Shown: in pieces, positions 47,246 through 55,450 of the stretch | Layout of the letters: every line of letters starts with the position of its first letter | Numbering within the stretch: position 1 is the stretch's first letter | NCBI GenBank assembly: GCA_965203325.1 | Contig: OZ241875.1 | Coordinates: forward strand, 1,152,001-1,216,000 | From: a bacterium | GTDB lineage: Bacteria > UBA8248 | Direction of reading: 5' to 3' | DNA length: 64,000 bases | The notes under the pieces: generated by a model | What the model saw: the letters and a program-made list of their open reading frames with translations, nothing else | The model's database searches: none | What the model was told of the DNA's origin: nothing | Made by a program: the position numbers and the translations under genes

Positions 47246-49492
47246 CTAGCCCTGGCTTCCGTTCGTCTTGAGGCGTCCCAGCACCTCCAGGACGTGGTCC
47301 GGCGTGATGGGGATGCGCGTGAGGCGCGCGCCTATCGCCTGTCCCGCCGCGCAGGCCACCGCCGCGGCCGCCGCCGTGCAGGGGGGTTCGCCGATGCCCT
47401 TGGCCCCGTAGGGCCCCAGGCCCTCGCCGGATTCCAGGATGACGTTGTCCCATTCGGGCGTGTCCACCGAGGTGGGGATGAGGTAGCCGTGGAACTCGTT
47501 GTTCAGGAGCGCGCCCTTTTGCGTGAGGACCTCTTCGGTCAGGGCGTGGCCGACGCCCATCATCGCGCCGCCCTCGAACTGGCCTTCCACGTGCTGCACG
47601 TTGATGGACTGGCCCACGTCGTGGCCCGACCAGTAGTTGAGCACGCGGAGTTCGCCCGTATCGACGTTCACCTCGACTTCCGCCGCGTGGATGCCGAACA
47701 CGTAATCCATCCAGCCGCCCGCGTCGCCGTACTGCTCGTTACCCTCGTATTCGTGGACGCCGAGCTTCGTCTTGCCCACGGCGTGGAGGTCGATACCCAT
47801 CTTCCTTGACTGCGTCACGGCTTCGGCGAAGGAGACATCGCGCTCTTCGGCCGCTTTCACGTACACCCGGCCCTCGCGGATATCCAGGTCCTCAGGGTTC
47901 GCTTCGAGAAGTTCGGCGGCGCCCTTCAGAATTCTGTTCTTGAGTTCCGCCGACGCCCGGTAACACGCGCCGCCCGAGATCATCGTCTGGCGCGATCCTG
48001 CAGTGACCCCTACCAGCGGGGTGACGTGGGAGTCCGACATCGTCACCGTCACGTCCTCGAGCGCTATTCCTAAGGCTTCCGCCGCAATCTGGCGGTTCGT
48101 CTGTGTCTGGCCCGCGCCGACGTCCGAAGCGCCGGTGCGCACGCTCACGCTGCCGTCCTCATCAATGCCCACATAGACTTCGCCCTCGTTCCTCGGCCTT
48201 CCGTATCCGCCGACGTTCCCGATGATCCCGACGCCGACGCGCCAGGGGCCGTGGTCTTTTTCGGGGACGCGGCCCGCCGAGCGGCCGATGAGCTTTTTCG
48301 TTTCCTCCGCCAGTTCGGGCAGCATCACGCGCGTGGGCACGGGCTGATTCTGGATGAGGGTCTGGCCCTTCGCGATGAAGTTTCTCTCGCGGAACTCGAG
48401 CGGGTCCATCCCCAGCCGCTCCGCGAGTTCATCCATCTGCGCTTCGTAGGCGAAACACACCTGGTTCGCGCCCACGCCGCGCATCGCCTCGGTGAAGGGG
48501 TTGTTCGTCCGGACGGCGCGCGAGCGGCCCCGCGCGTTGGGTATCTCATAGGGTCCCGCGCTCACCACGAGCGCGCCCAGCAACAAACCCTTGCTGTTGG
48601 CCGTGTAGCCACCCGCATCGCCGATGATGTCGACTTCTATGGCGGTGAGTTTCCCGTCCTTCGTCGCGCCCGTCCTGTACTTCATGACGAAGGGATGCTT
48701 CTTGCTGCCAGTGTTCATGGTCTCCTCGCGCGAGTAGGCCATGCGCACGGGCCGCCCCGTCCGGATCGACAGGAGCGCCATGAAGGCGCCGAGCAGCGGG
48801 TGCTCCTTGCCCCCGAACGCTCCGCCCAGCATCGGGCAGTCATACCGCACGCGGCTGAGGGGGAGGCCCAGCGTCCGCGCCACGTTCTGGTAGTTCTCTA
48901 TCATCTGCGTGGGCACGCGGATGTTCACCACCCCCCGCTCGTCCACCCAGGCGACGCCGCCTTCGGGCTCGATGAAGGCGTGATCCAGACAGGCGGAGAA
49001 ATAGGTCTTCTCGACGATAACGTCCGCCCCGGCGAAGCCCGCCTCCACGTCGCCCTTGTCCGCCTTCCAGTCGCAGACCACCTCGCCCTCTTCGAGTGTG
49101 GCGAAGTCGTAAGCGCCCGGCAGCGGCTCGTAGACGACGCGCACGAGCGAGGCCGCCTCTTCAGCCAGGTCCCGCGTGTCGGCGGCCACGAGGGCGACCG
49201 CGTCGCCGATGTCGACCACGAGGTCTTCGGCCAGCACCGGGTAATCGGGATAGCGGCCCGCGTTCAGGCCGGGAATGTCCTTCGCCGTCAGGACGCAGTG
49301 CACGCCGGGCAGAGCGAGCGCTTCCGTCGCATCAATCTCCACGATCTTCGCCGGCGTCATCGTGGCGCGGACGGCTTTCCCGTAAATCTCGCCCGGCATG
49401 TGGAAGTCATCGCCGTAGACCGTGTCGCCGACCGCCTTCGCCAGGGCGTCTTCTTTCGTCGGCGACGCGCCGACATGCGTCATCTGAGCCAT
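47246..49492 (-). CDS. Xanthine dehydrogenase family molybdopterin-binding subunit
   Basis: GGAFGGK, AMRGVG, GPYGAKGIGEPP. Confidence 0.93.
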   Translation of the reverse strand: MAQMTHVGASPTKEDALAKAVGDTVYGDDFHMPGEIYGKAVRATMTPAKIVEIDATEALALPGVHCVLTAKDIPGLNAGRYPDYPVLAEDLVVDIGDAVALVAADTRDLAEEAASLVRVVYEPLPGAYDFATLEEGEVVCDWKADKGDVEAGFAGADVIVEKTYFSACLDHAFIEPEGGVAWVDERGVVNIRVPTQMIENYQNVARTLGLPLSRVRYDCPMLGGAFGGKEHPLLGAFMALLSIRTGRPVRMAYSREETMNTGSKKHPFVMKYRTGATKDGKLTAIEVDIIGDAGGYTANSKGLLLGALVVSAGPYEIPNARGRSRAVRTNNPFTEAMRGVGANQVCFAYEAQMDELAERLGMDPLEFRERNFIAKGQTLIQNQPVPTRVMLPELAEETKKLIGRSAGRVPEKDHGPWRVGVGIIGNVGGYGRPRNEGEVYVGIDEDGSVSVRTGASDVGAGQTQTNRQIAAEALGIALEDVTVTMSDSHVTPLVGVTAGSRQTMISGGACYRASAELKNRILKGAAELLEANPEDLDIREGRVYVKAAEERDVSFAEAVTQSRKMGIDLHAVGKTKLGVHEYEGNEQYGDAGGWMDYVFGIHAAEVEVNVDTGELRVLNYWSGHDVGQSINVQHVEGQFEGGAMMGVGHALTEEVLTQKGALLNNEFHGYLIPTSVDTPEWDNVILESGEGLGPYGAKGIGEPPCTAAAAAVACAAGQAIGARLTRIPITPDHVLEVLGRLKTNGSQG

Positions 49493-49518
49493 CGTATCCT
49501 CCTGAATATCCCCAAAAG

Positions 49519-50517
49519 CTATCCGCGCAGGGCCGCCACGTCCACCACCTGACCCGTCGTTGCGCTCTGGACGACCGCCTCGAGTACGGCGACCACTTCA
49601 ATGCCCTCGGGCCCGCCGGTCTCGGGCGTCGCCTCGCCCCGGATGCACTTGCAGAACTCGTCCATCTCATCCGCCAGGGCGTCTCCGCCCACGACCTCGA
49701 CTTCCGTTCGGGCTTCCTCGCCCACCTTGGCCACGTAGAGCTTTCCGCCTTCCTCTTCGCTGTAGGCCCTCATCTTCGTGCCGAAGGCCGCCGTGTCGCA
49801 TATCTTGGGAACCACGAAGGAAGAACCGATGTGGCCGAGCGGGCCGCTCTCGTATTCGATGATGATGCTCGTCGCATCATCCAAATTCGTCTTGCCGAGC
49901 AGCTTCTTGCTGAAGGCGGCCACCCGCTTCGCGGGTCCGGCCAGGTATTGCAGGTTGTCGATCATGTGGACGCCCAGGCCCGTCATGGAACCGGCGGGAC
50001 ATTCGGCGGGGTCGTTGCGCCAGCCCGGCCTGGATTCGAAGCCCATGGGAAGCGAGAGGTTCGCCTCCACCTGATGCACCACACCCAGTTCGTCATTATC
50101 TATCATCTCGCGCATCTTGCGGTTCGCGCCGAAGCGGCGGCGGTGATGGCCGACTTGCAAGGTGACGTTCGCGCTTGAGGTCGCTTCGTGCGCCTTTTTG
50201 GCCTCATCGACGGTGAGCGTGAGCGGCTTTTCGACGAAGACGTGCTTTCCGGCCGATGCGGCCGAAGAAATCATGTCCAGGTGCGTGGAGTGGGGCGTCG
50301 CGACGATGACGCCCTCCACCTCGGGGTCGTTCAATAATTCGTCGAGGCTGCCCGCCGTCCGGCAACCGTGTTTCTCGGAAAACGCCTTGCGGGCGTCCTC
50401 GCTGCGCGCAAAACCCGTGACCACCTCGCCCGAACCGCTCCGGTTGAGCGCCTCCACCAGAACGCCGCCCCACCAGCCCAGCCCGATAGAGGCGAGGCGC
50501 ACCTTGTCCGTAGCCAT
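49519..50517 (-). CDS. Gfo/Idh/MocA family oxidoreductase
   Basis: IGLGWWG, ATPHSTH, GKHVFVEKP, GVHMID. Confidence 0.93.
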   Translation of the reverse strand: MATDKVRLASIGLGWWGGVLVEALNRSGSGEVVTGFARSEDARKAFSEKHGCRTAGSLDELLNDPEVEGVIVATPHSTHLDMISSAASAGKHVFVEKPLTLTVDEAKKAHEATSSANVTLQVGHHRRRFGANRKMREMIDNDELGVVHQVEANLSLPMGFESRPGWRNDPAECPAGSMTGLGVHMIDNLQYLAGPAKRVAAFSKKLLGKTNLDDATSIIIEYESGPLGHIGSSFVVPKICDTAAFGTKMRAYSEEEGGKLYVAKVGEEARTEVEVVGGDALADEMDEFCKCIRGEATPETGGPEGIEVVAVLEAVVQSATTGQVVDVAALRG

Positions 50518-50658
50518 TTTTCGACTCCTTAATCACTGAATGGATGAATTTTCAACATCGAATATACGCCGAGTGATTTCACTTGGGCCGCACCATAACC
50601 CAACATCGCCCGCTTGAAAACCGCGCCGGAAGAAATTGGTCCGAATAAAAGCCCGCCA

Positions 50659-50809
50659 ATAAAAAACCTCCTCCCGTCTCCGGGAGGAGGCTCTCGCAGG
50701 GGGTAGATGCGAGATGTATGATTGCGTGGCGGAGGAGCGCCGACCCAATCAGCTACTCCTCTCGCCGGCTAACCGGGGCGTGCCGCCTATGAACGCCCCA
50801 ATCAGCTTG
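50659..50809 (-). ncRNA. Candidate sigma54-dependent small RNA, copy 2
   Basis: Same four-hairpin fold as copy 1 with compensatory changes; U6 tail. Confidence 0.72.
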
Positions 50810-50820
50810 CTCTTATAATA

Positions 50821-50836
50821 TGCAATAGCTGTGCCA
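50821..50836 (-). promoter_or_regulatory. sigma54 -24/-12 promoter
   Basis: TGGCACAGCTATTGCA, matching TGGCAC-N5-TTGCW. Confidence 0.85.
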
Positions 50837-50982
50837 TTTGCATGGAATTAGAATATGCCTTATTTTTCAATCAGATAATAATATATACGTTCGGTCAAAT
50901 TGTCATTTTGTCACGATATGTCCGGCGAAAACGACAAATCGTCATGGCGGAGAATCATATTTCAGGTGGAAATTTCCTGTTT

Positions 50983-51615
50983 TTACCTCGAAGTGGGCGA
51001 TTTTTCGGGAAAGACGTCGAACGCCTCGGACACGGCGGCCTTCATCTCATCCCCCTGGGAGAGGGCCGTCGTCGCGCGGGCCCCCGATACCCACAACGCC
51101 TCCAGGGAGCCCAGGTCGATCAGGCGTATTTCCACACTGGCGACGCACACTTCGACGTCTTCGCAGGTGCGCTCTCCTCCGGCGATCACCACCGCCTGCG
51201 CGCCCGAACGCTTAAGCGCCCCCAGATGGACTTCGGCGATTCCACCCGCAGCGTCCAGCAGATCCTCCGCCTTCGTTTTTGCCAGCTTCTCCGGCCAGCG
51301 AAGCGCCAGATAGCCCTTGGCGGCAAGGGCGTCGCGTAGCAAGAAGGCGCCCTCCACCATCTCGATTTTTTTCACATCGGGCGCCTTGAGCCCCGCCTGC
51401 GCGTAGACGTCGCGGAAGAGGCCCGTCCAGTCGCTCGGGTAGCGAAACGGAGCGACGACGACCCGCTCGAGCGCCCGTATCCGCCCCGGCCTGACGACGC
51501 CTTGCATCGTCGACACCTCATAGGCGCAGGCCGGAATCATCAGGAGCATAAAAACGATCAGAGAGGATCGAACCCGCGATGCGAAGGCGTTTTGTTTCAC
51601 GATCCGAGGCTCCAT
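50983..51615 (-). CDS. Putative lipoprotein, function unknown
   Basis: Hydrophobic stretch ending IPAC; VVVAPF, IRLIDL..LW. Confidence 0.65.
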   Translation of the reverse strand: MEPRIVKQNAFASRVRSSLIVFMLLMIPACAYEVSTMQGVVRPGRIRALERVVVAPFRYPSDWTGLFRDVYAQAGLKAPDVKKIEMVEGAFLLRDALAAKGYLALRWPEKLAKTKAEDLLDAAGGIAEVHLGALKRSGAQAVVIAGGERTCEDVEVCVASVEIRLIDLGSLEALWVSGARATTALSQGDEMKAAVSEAFDVFPEKSPTSR

Positions 51616-52310
51616 GCGATTCGCTCCACCAGGCCGAACAGCGTCACATACGCGCCCCAACTCTCATACCAAATCGACGCGCCGTAGGAAGCCGCCACTC
51701 CCCATCCTCCCACCGAGACGAGCGCGGCGCCGCCGATGAATACGAGGCCGAAGAAAAAGATGAAGGCCCAGGAGAAAATCCGCCCGCCCCGCGCGATGTC
51801 GGGCTGCGACGCGCCCAGCGCGCGGAGCGTCATGAGCACGTGCAGGCATAGCGTGAGGCCGGCGAGGAACGCCGCCGCCCAGCGAATCTCCTCGTATCCG
51901 AAAGTCCAGTCGAGCAACGCGCCCAGAATCAACACCACTATCGTCGGCAGCGGGAAGAAATAAGGCGCGAGCGTGATGATTGGGTTCGTGCCGCTCAAGC
52001 CCACCTTCCCGCTTCCCTGATTCACCTCGAACGAACGCACCTTCTTCCCCGTGAGCAGGGCGAAGGCCATGTGCGTGAACTCGTGCACGAAGGCGTAGAG
52101 GAACTCCGGCGGACGCAAGCGATGCCAGACGGCGTATGCGCAGGCGCCCGCGATGAAGGCCCAGCCCTCGGGCGCAGGCATATATGAACCGCCGTCTGCG
52201 AGAAAAGCGGCCGGGAGATTCTTGCCGAACGCGAGCGCCGCGCCCCAGCAGGCGGGCAGGAGGAGGACAGCGACCATCCAGGCCAGGGGTCTCAAGAGAA
52301 ACGATTTCAT
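51597..52310 (-). CDS. Membrane metallopeptidase, M50B-like
   Basis: FVHEFTH (HExxH), ITLAPYFFP, several TM helices. Confidence 0.75.
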   Translation of the reverse strand: MKSFLLRPLAWMVAVLLLPACWGAALAFGKNLPAAFLADGGSYMPAPEGWAFIAGACAYAVWHRLRPPEFLYAFVHEFTHMAFALLTGKKVRSFEVNQGSGKVGLSGTNPIITLAPYFFPLPTIVVLILGALLDWTFGYEEIRWAAAFLAGLTLCLHVLMTLRALGASQPDIARGGRIFSWAFIFFFGLVFIGGAALVSVGGWGVAASYGASIWYESWGAYVTLFGLVERIAWSLGS

Positions 52311-52419
52311 GAACTCACCCGTCTCGGTCCTCGGGCGGCGAGGCGAACACCACGCAAGCATGGCCCATATCCCGCTCCCCGACAAGACGGACGGTCACAA
52401 ATCCTGTCCCGGCGGCAAG

Positions 52420-52463
52420 TTGACCGGAAGACCGGAGCGCTATATAGTTAACCATATGGTTAA
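52420..52463 (+). promoter_or_regulatory. sigma70 promoter with a 16-bp palindromic operator
   Basis: TTGACC-17-TATAGT then TTAACCATATGGTTAA (52448-52463). Confidence 0.7.
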
Positions 52464-52636
52464 TCATTAAATGGTTTCAGGACTACCCAAAAACAGGAGC
52501 TTCCCATGAGCGGCGCAAGAATCATTTCCGGCATACCGGGCCGAACCATCGAAGCGGGAGACGGCCCGGAGAGGAGGTCCCCCTGCGCGGATTCAACAGC
52601 GGACATGGCATCCCCCTTACATCCTGGCATGGGAGC

Positions 52637-53053
52637 GTGATGATGGACACCAGGAAGCTGATCCTGGGAACCGCCGCTTATACGATCTGCACCTTCTCCC
52701 TTGCCGTGATCTGGCATGTGCTCCTTTTCAAGGAGAGATACGAATCGTTCGGCTACTTCGAGGGGGAACCGAACTTTCTGCTCGGTCTGCTCACCATCGT
52801 GCTCCAGGGCGTTCTGCTCTGCGCCCTGTTCCCGATGTTGAAGACCGAGGGAAGCAGCTTTCGTCGAGGGTTCAGGTTCGCTCTCATCACCGGCGCCTTC
52901 TTCTGGACTTCTCACGTGCTCGCCTTCGTCGCCAAGCAGGAGGTGACGGGGGCGTCTGCGTTCATCTGGATGGAAACGCTCTATCTGCTGCTCCAATTCG
53001 GCGTGTTCGGCCTTTGCATCGGCTTCATCCACCGCGAAGAGAAACTCATCTGA
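52637..53053 (+). CDS. Four-TM hypothetical membrane protein
   Basis: 138 aa, four hydrophobic helices, WHVLLF..Y motif. Confidence 0.75.
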   Translation: MMMDTRKLILGTAAYTICTFSLAVIWHVLLFKERYESFGYFEGEPNFLLGLLTIVLQGVLLCALFPMLKTEGSSFRRGFRFALITGAFFWTSHVLAFVAKQEVTGASAFIWMETLYLLLQFGVFGLCIGFIHREEKLI

Positions 53054-53142
53054 CAGGCAGACATCGGCATCCAGGAGACATAAAGCAAACCATATCGTGA
53101 ATCACGAAATCATTTCACGCACTACTAAAAAGGGGAGTTCCC

Positions 53143-53661
53143 ATGAACGGAGCGCAGATGATCGCCTTCACTTTCGAGATGAGCGACGGACTCGTGAAAC
53201 GGGCCCTGAAGGGCCTCACGGACGAGGACCTCATGAAGCGGCCCAGCGACCAGGACAACCCCATCGGCTGGCTGATGTGGCACAAGACGAGGGTCGAGGA
53301 TTGCGCGATGGCGGCCGTCGCCGGTGAAGAGCAGGTCTGGATCGCCGGGAAATGGCACGAGAAATTCGATATGCCCCCCGAGCCCAAACAAATCGGTTTC
53401 GGTGATTCGCTCGAGCAGGTGATGCGCCTCAAATTCACGAAACAGGACCTGATCGGCTACGCCAACGCCACCCGGGCGAGGACGCTTTCCACCCTGGAAG
53501 CGCTTTCGGCGGAGGACCTCGAAAAAGAGATGACCGACATCGGGGGCAACGCCGCCAAGACGGGAGAATACCTGGGGAGAGTGGCCACCGACTATCACCA
53601 GCACTGCGGGCAGATCTGCTACCTCCGGGGATTCATTACCGGGTTCGGCTGGGCGTTTTAG
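53143..53661 (+). CDS. DinB family protein
   Basis: NPIGWLMWH, QHCGQICYLRG. Confidence 0.88.
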   Translation: MNGAQMIAFTFEMSDGLVKRALKGLTDEDLMKRPSDQDNPIGWLMWHKTRVEDCAMAAVAGEEQVWIAGKWHEKFDMPPEPKQIGFGDSLEQVMRLKFTKQDLIGYANATRARTLSTLEALSAEDLEKEMTDIGGNAAKTGEYLGRVATDYHQHCGQICYLRGFITGFGWAF

Positions 53662-53704
53662 AAGCAACCCGACCGAGGAGGGAGGGGTTGGAGCCGATCG
53701 AGAA

Positions 53705-54072
53705 GGGGTTGTTGAAAAAGTCCTCTCCCTCAAGGGATAAAGGCAACCCCCCCTACCCCCCCTTGTCAGGGGGGCAAGAAAAAACAAAAGCCCCTCTACC
53801 GGCGGCGGGTTTCGCCTTTTTATACCCCCCTGACAAGGGGGGGTAGGGGGGGTTGGTTTTCAAGGCGAGAGCCTGCGGCACCGCCCGGTTTCAGGTTCTG
53901 TCCGTCATTCCGGCCTTCGCCGGAATGACGATCAAAACGCAAGAACTGTAGGGGCAGGCCCCCGTGCCTGTCCGGTGCCCTGTTCTACAAAGGACAACCA
54001 CAGGGGGTTGTCCCTACAAACGGCCAGCTCCATACGCCGAATCGCGAAAACGAAACTTTTTCAACACCCCCC
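53705..54072. mobile_element. Composite MITE-like element with outer IR and a short flanking direct repeat AGA(A)
   Basis: GGGGTTGTTGAAAAAGT...ACTTTTTCAACACCCCCC enclosing a TIR unit (53744-53855), a GTCATTCCGG hairpin and a REP doublet (53948-54017). Confidence 0.75.
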
Positions 54073-54094
54073 AGAAAGGAGGGTATGCCGACCC

Positions 54095-54436
54095 ATGAAC
54101 GCAGGAGCCGACCTGGACGCCACCTTCTCCGCGCTCTCGGACCCGACGAGGCGGGCCATTCTCTCGCGCCTCTCCCGGGGGGAAGCCACCGTCACCGGCG
54201 TGGCCGCCCCTTTTGATATTTCCCTGCCGGCGATCTCGAAACACCTGCGCGTTTTGGAGCGCGCCGGCCTCATCCGCAGGGAAAAGAAAGGCCGCGTCCA
54301 TCGCCTGAGACTCGAAGCCGAACCGATGCGCGAGGCGTCCGAATGGCTCGAATTCCACCAACGGTTCTGGGAGGAGGGATTCGATGCCCTCGCCCGCTAT
54401 CTCGATGAAACTACAGACACGGAGACTTCGAAATGA
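54095..54436 (+). CDS. ArsR/SmtB family regulator
   Basis: FSALSDPTRRAIL, ISKHLRVLERAGLI. Confidence 0.92.
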   Translation: MNAGADLDATFSALSDPTRRAILSRLSRGEATVTGVAAPFDISLPAISKHLRVLERAGLIRREKKGRVHRLRLEAEPMREASEWLEFHQRFWEEGFDALARYLDETTDTETSK

Positions 54437-54876
54437 TTGAAACAACAATGACGCTCATCATCAAACGAACCTTCCAGGCACCGAGGGAGAAAGTATTCGC
54501 CGCGTGGACGCAGGCCGAGGCGTTAAAGAAATGGTGGGGAACGGAGGGGCACACCGTGCCCTCGGTGGAGATGGACTTAAGCCCAGGCGGAAAATACCGC
54601 GTCGAGATGCGGACGGATGAGGGAGAGTCTTTCTACCTGAACGGGACGTTCGTCGAAATCAGTCCGCCCGAGCGGCTCGTCTTCACCTTCCGGTGGGAGC
54701 GGGGGGATTGGGATTACCCCGAGACCCTGGCGAGCATCGATTTCACCGGAGAGGGCGATGAGACCACGGTCGTCCTCACGCACGAGGGATTCCCGGACGA
54801 GAACATGCGCGACGAGCACCAGGGAGGCTGGGTCGAGTGCCTGGAGAATCTCGGCGCGTATCTGGGAGGGGGATAA
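54433..54876 (+). CDS. SRPBCC/AHSA1 domain protein
   Basis: APREKVFAAWT..WWG, PPERLVFT, HQGGW; overlaps the ArsR stop. Confidence 0.92.
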   Translation: MIETTMTLIIKRTFQAPREKVFAAWTQAEALKKWWGTEGHTVPSVEMDLSPGGKYRVEMRTDEGESFYLNGTFVEISPPERLVFTFRWERGDWDYPETLASIDFTGEGDETTVVLTHEGFPDENMRDEHQGGWVECLENLGAYLGGG

Positions 54877-54961
54877 CTTCTCATCACGTCCGGTTCGTTT
54901 CAGGAAACCCGGGCGGTTCACGAACCGCCCCTACGGAACCCCCGAATCGAATTGATGGACT

Positions 54962-55007
54962 CTCGGGAATCACTCCCCCTTGAACTCGGGAATCACTCCC
55001 CCTTGAA
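54962..55007 (+). repeat. 23-bp tandem duplication
   Basis: CTCGGGAATCACTCCCCCTTGAA x2. Confidence 0.85.
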
Positions 55008-55026
55008 AAAGCCTTTGTCAAAGGAG

Positions 55027-55172
55027 CAACCCCCCCTACCCCCCCTTGACAGGGGTCAAAACCGACCGAAGAGGGAGGTTTTGCAAGACGATGTGTTTCT
55101 CGTCAATGGCTCATGCAAACGCTCGTTCATCACTCGCGTTTGACCCCTGTCAAGGGGGGGTAGGGGGGGTTG
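55027..55172. mobile_element. MITE-like TIR unit, inverted copy of 46953-47101
   Basis: Interior matches the reverse complement except one base. Confidence 0.8.
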
Positions 55173-55450
55173 ATTTTCAAGACGAGAGGCGAGCGGGGGT
55201 CTCGGACAGGCATGGAGGCCTTGTCCCTACGGATGAGAGAGGTTTCGTTCGTCATTCCTGTGCATGCGCCGCAAGGCCGGCAATCTCGATCGGAGTCGCA
55301 AATCTCACCCAATAGCGACCCGCGCGCCGTTTTGCTATACTCCCGAAAACTAAAGACAATCCGCATGGAAGAGTTTTTTCGATCCTGAGTCAGGAGACAT
55401 ACCGGGGGCGGCTTGTTTCCCGCATCTCCTGCAGCATGGAGGAAAACGTC

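Noticed and set aside
52506..52640. 44-codon ORF with a CAGGAG RBS whose stop overlaps the next gene start
   Set aside because: No recognisable features; could be a leader peptide or remnant but cannot be supported.
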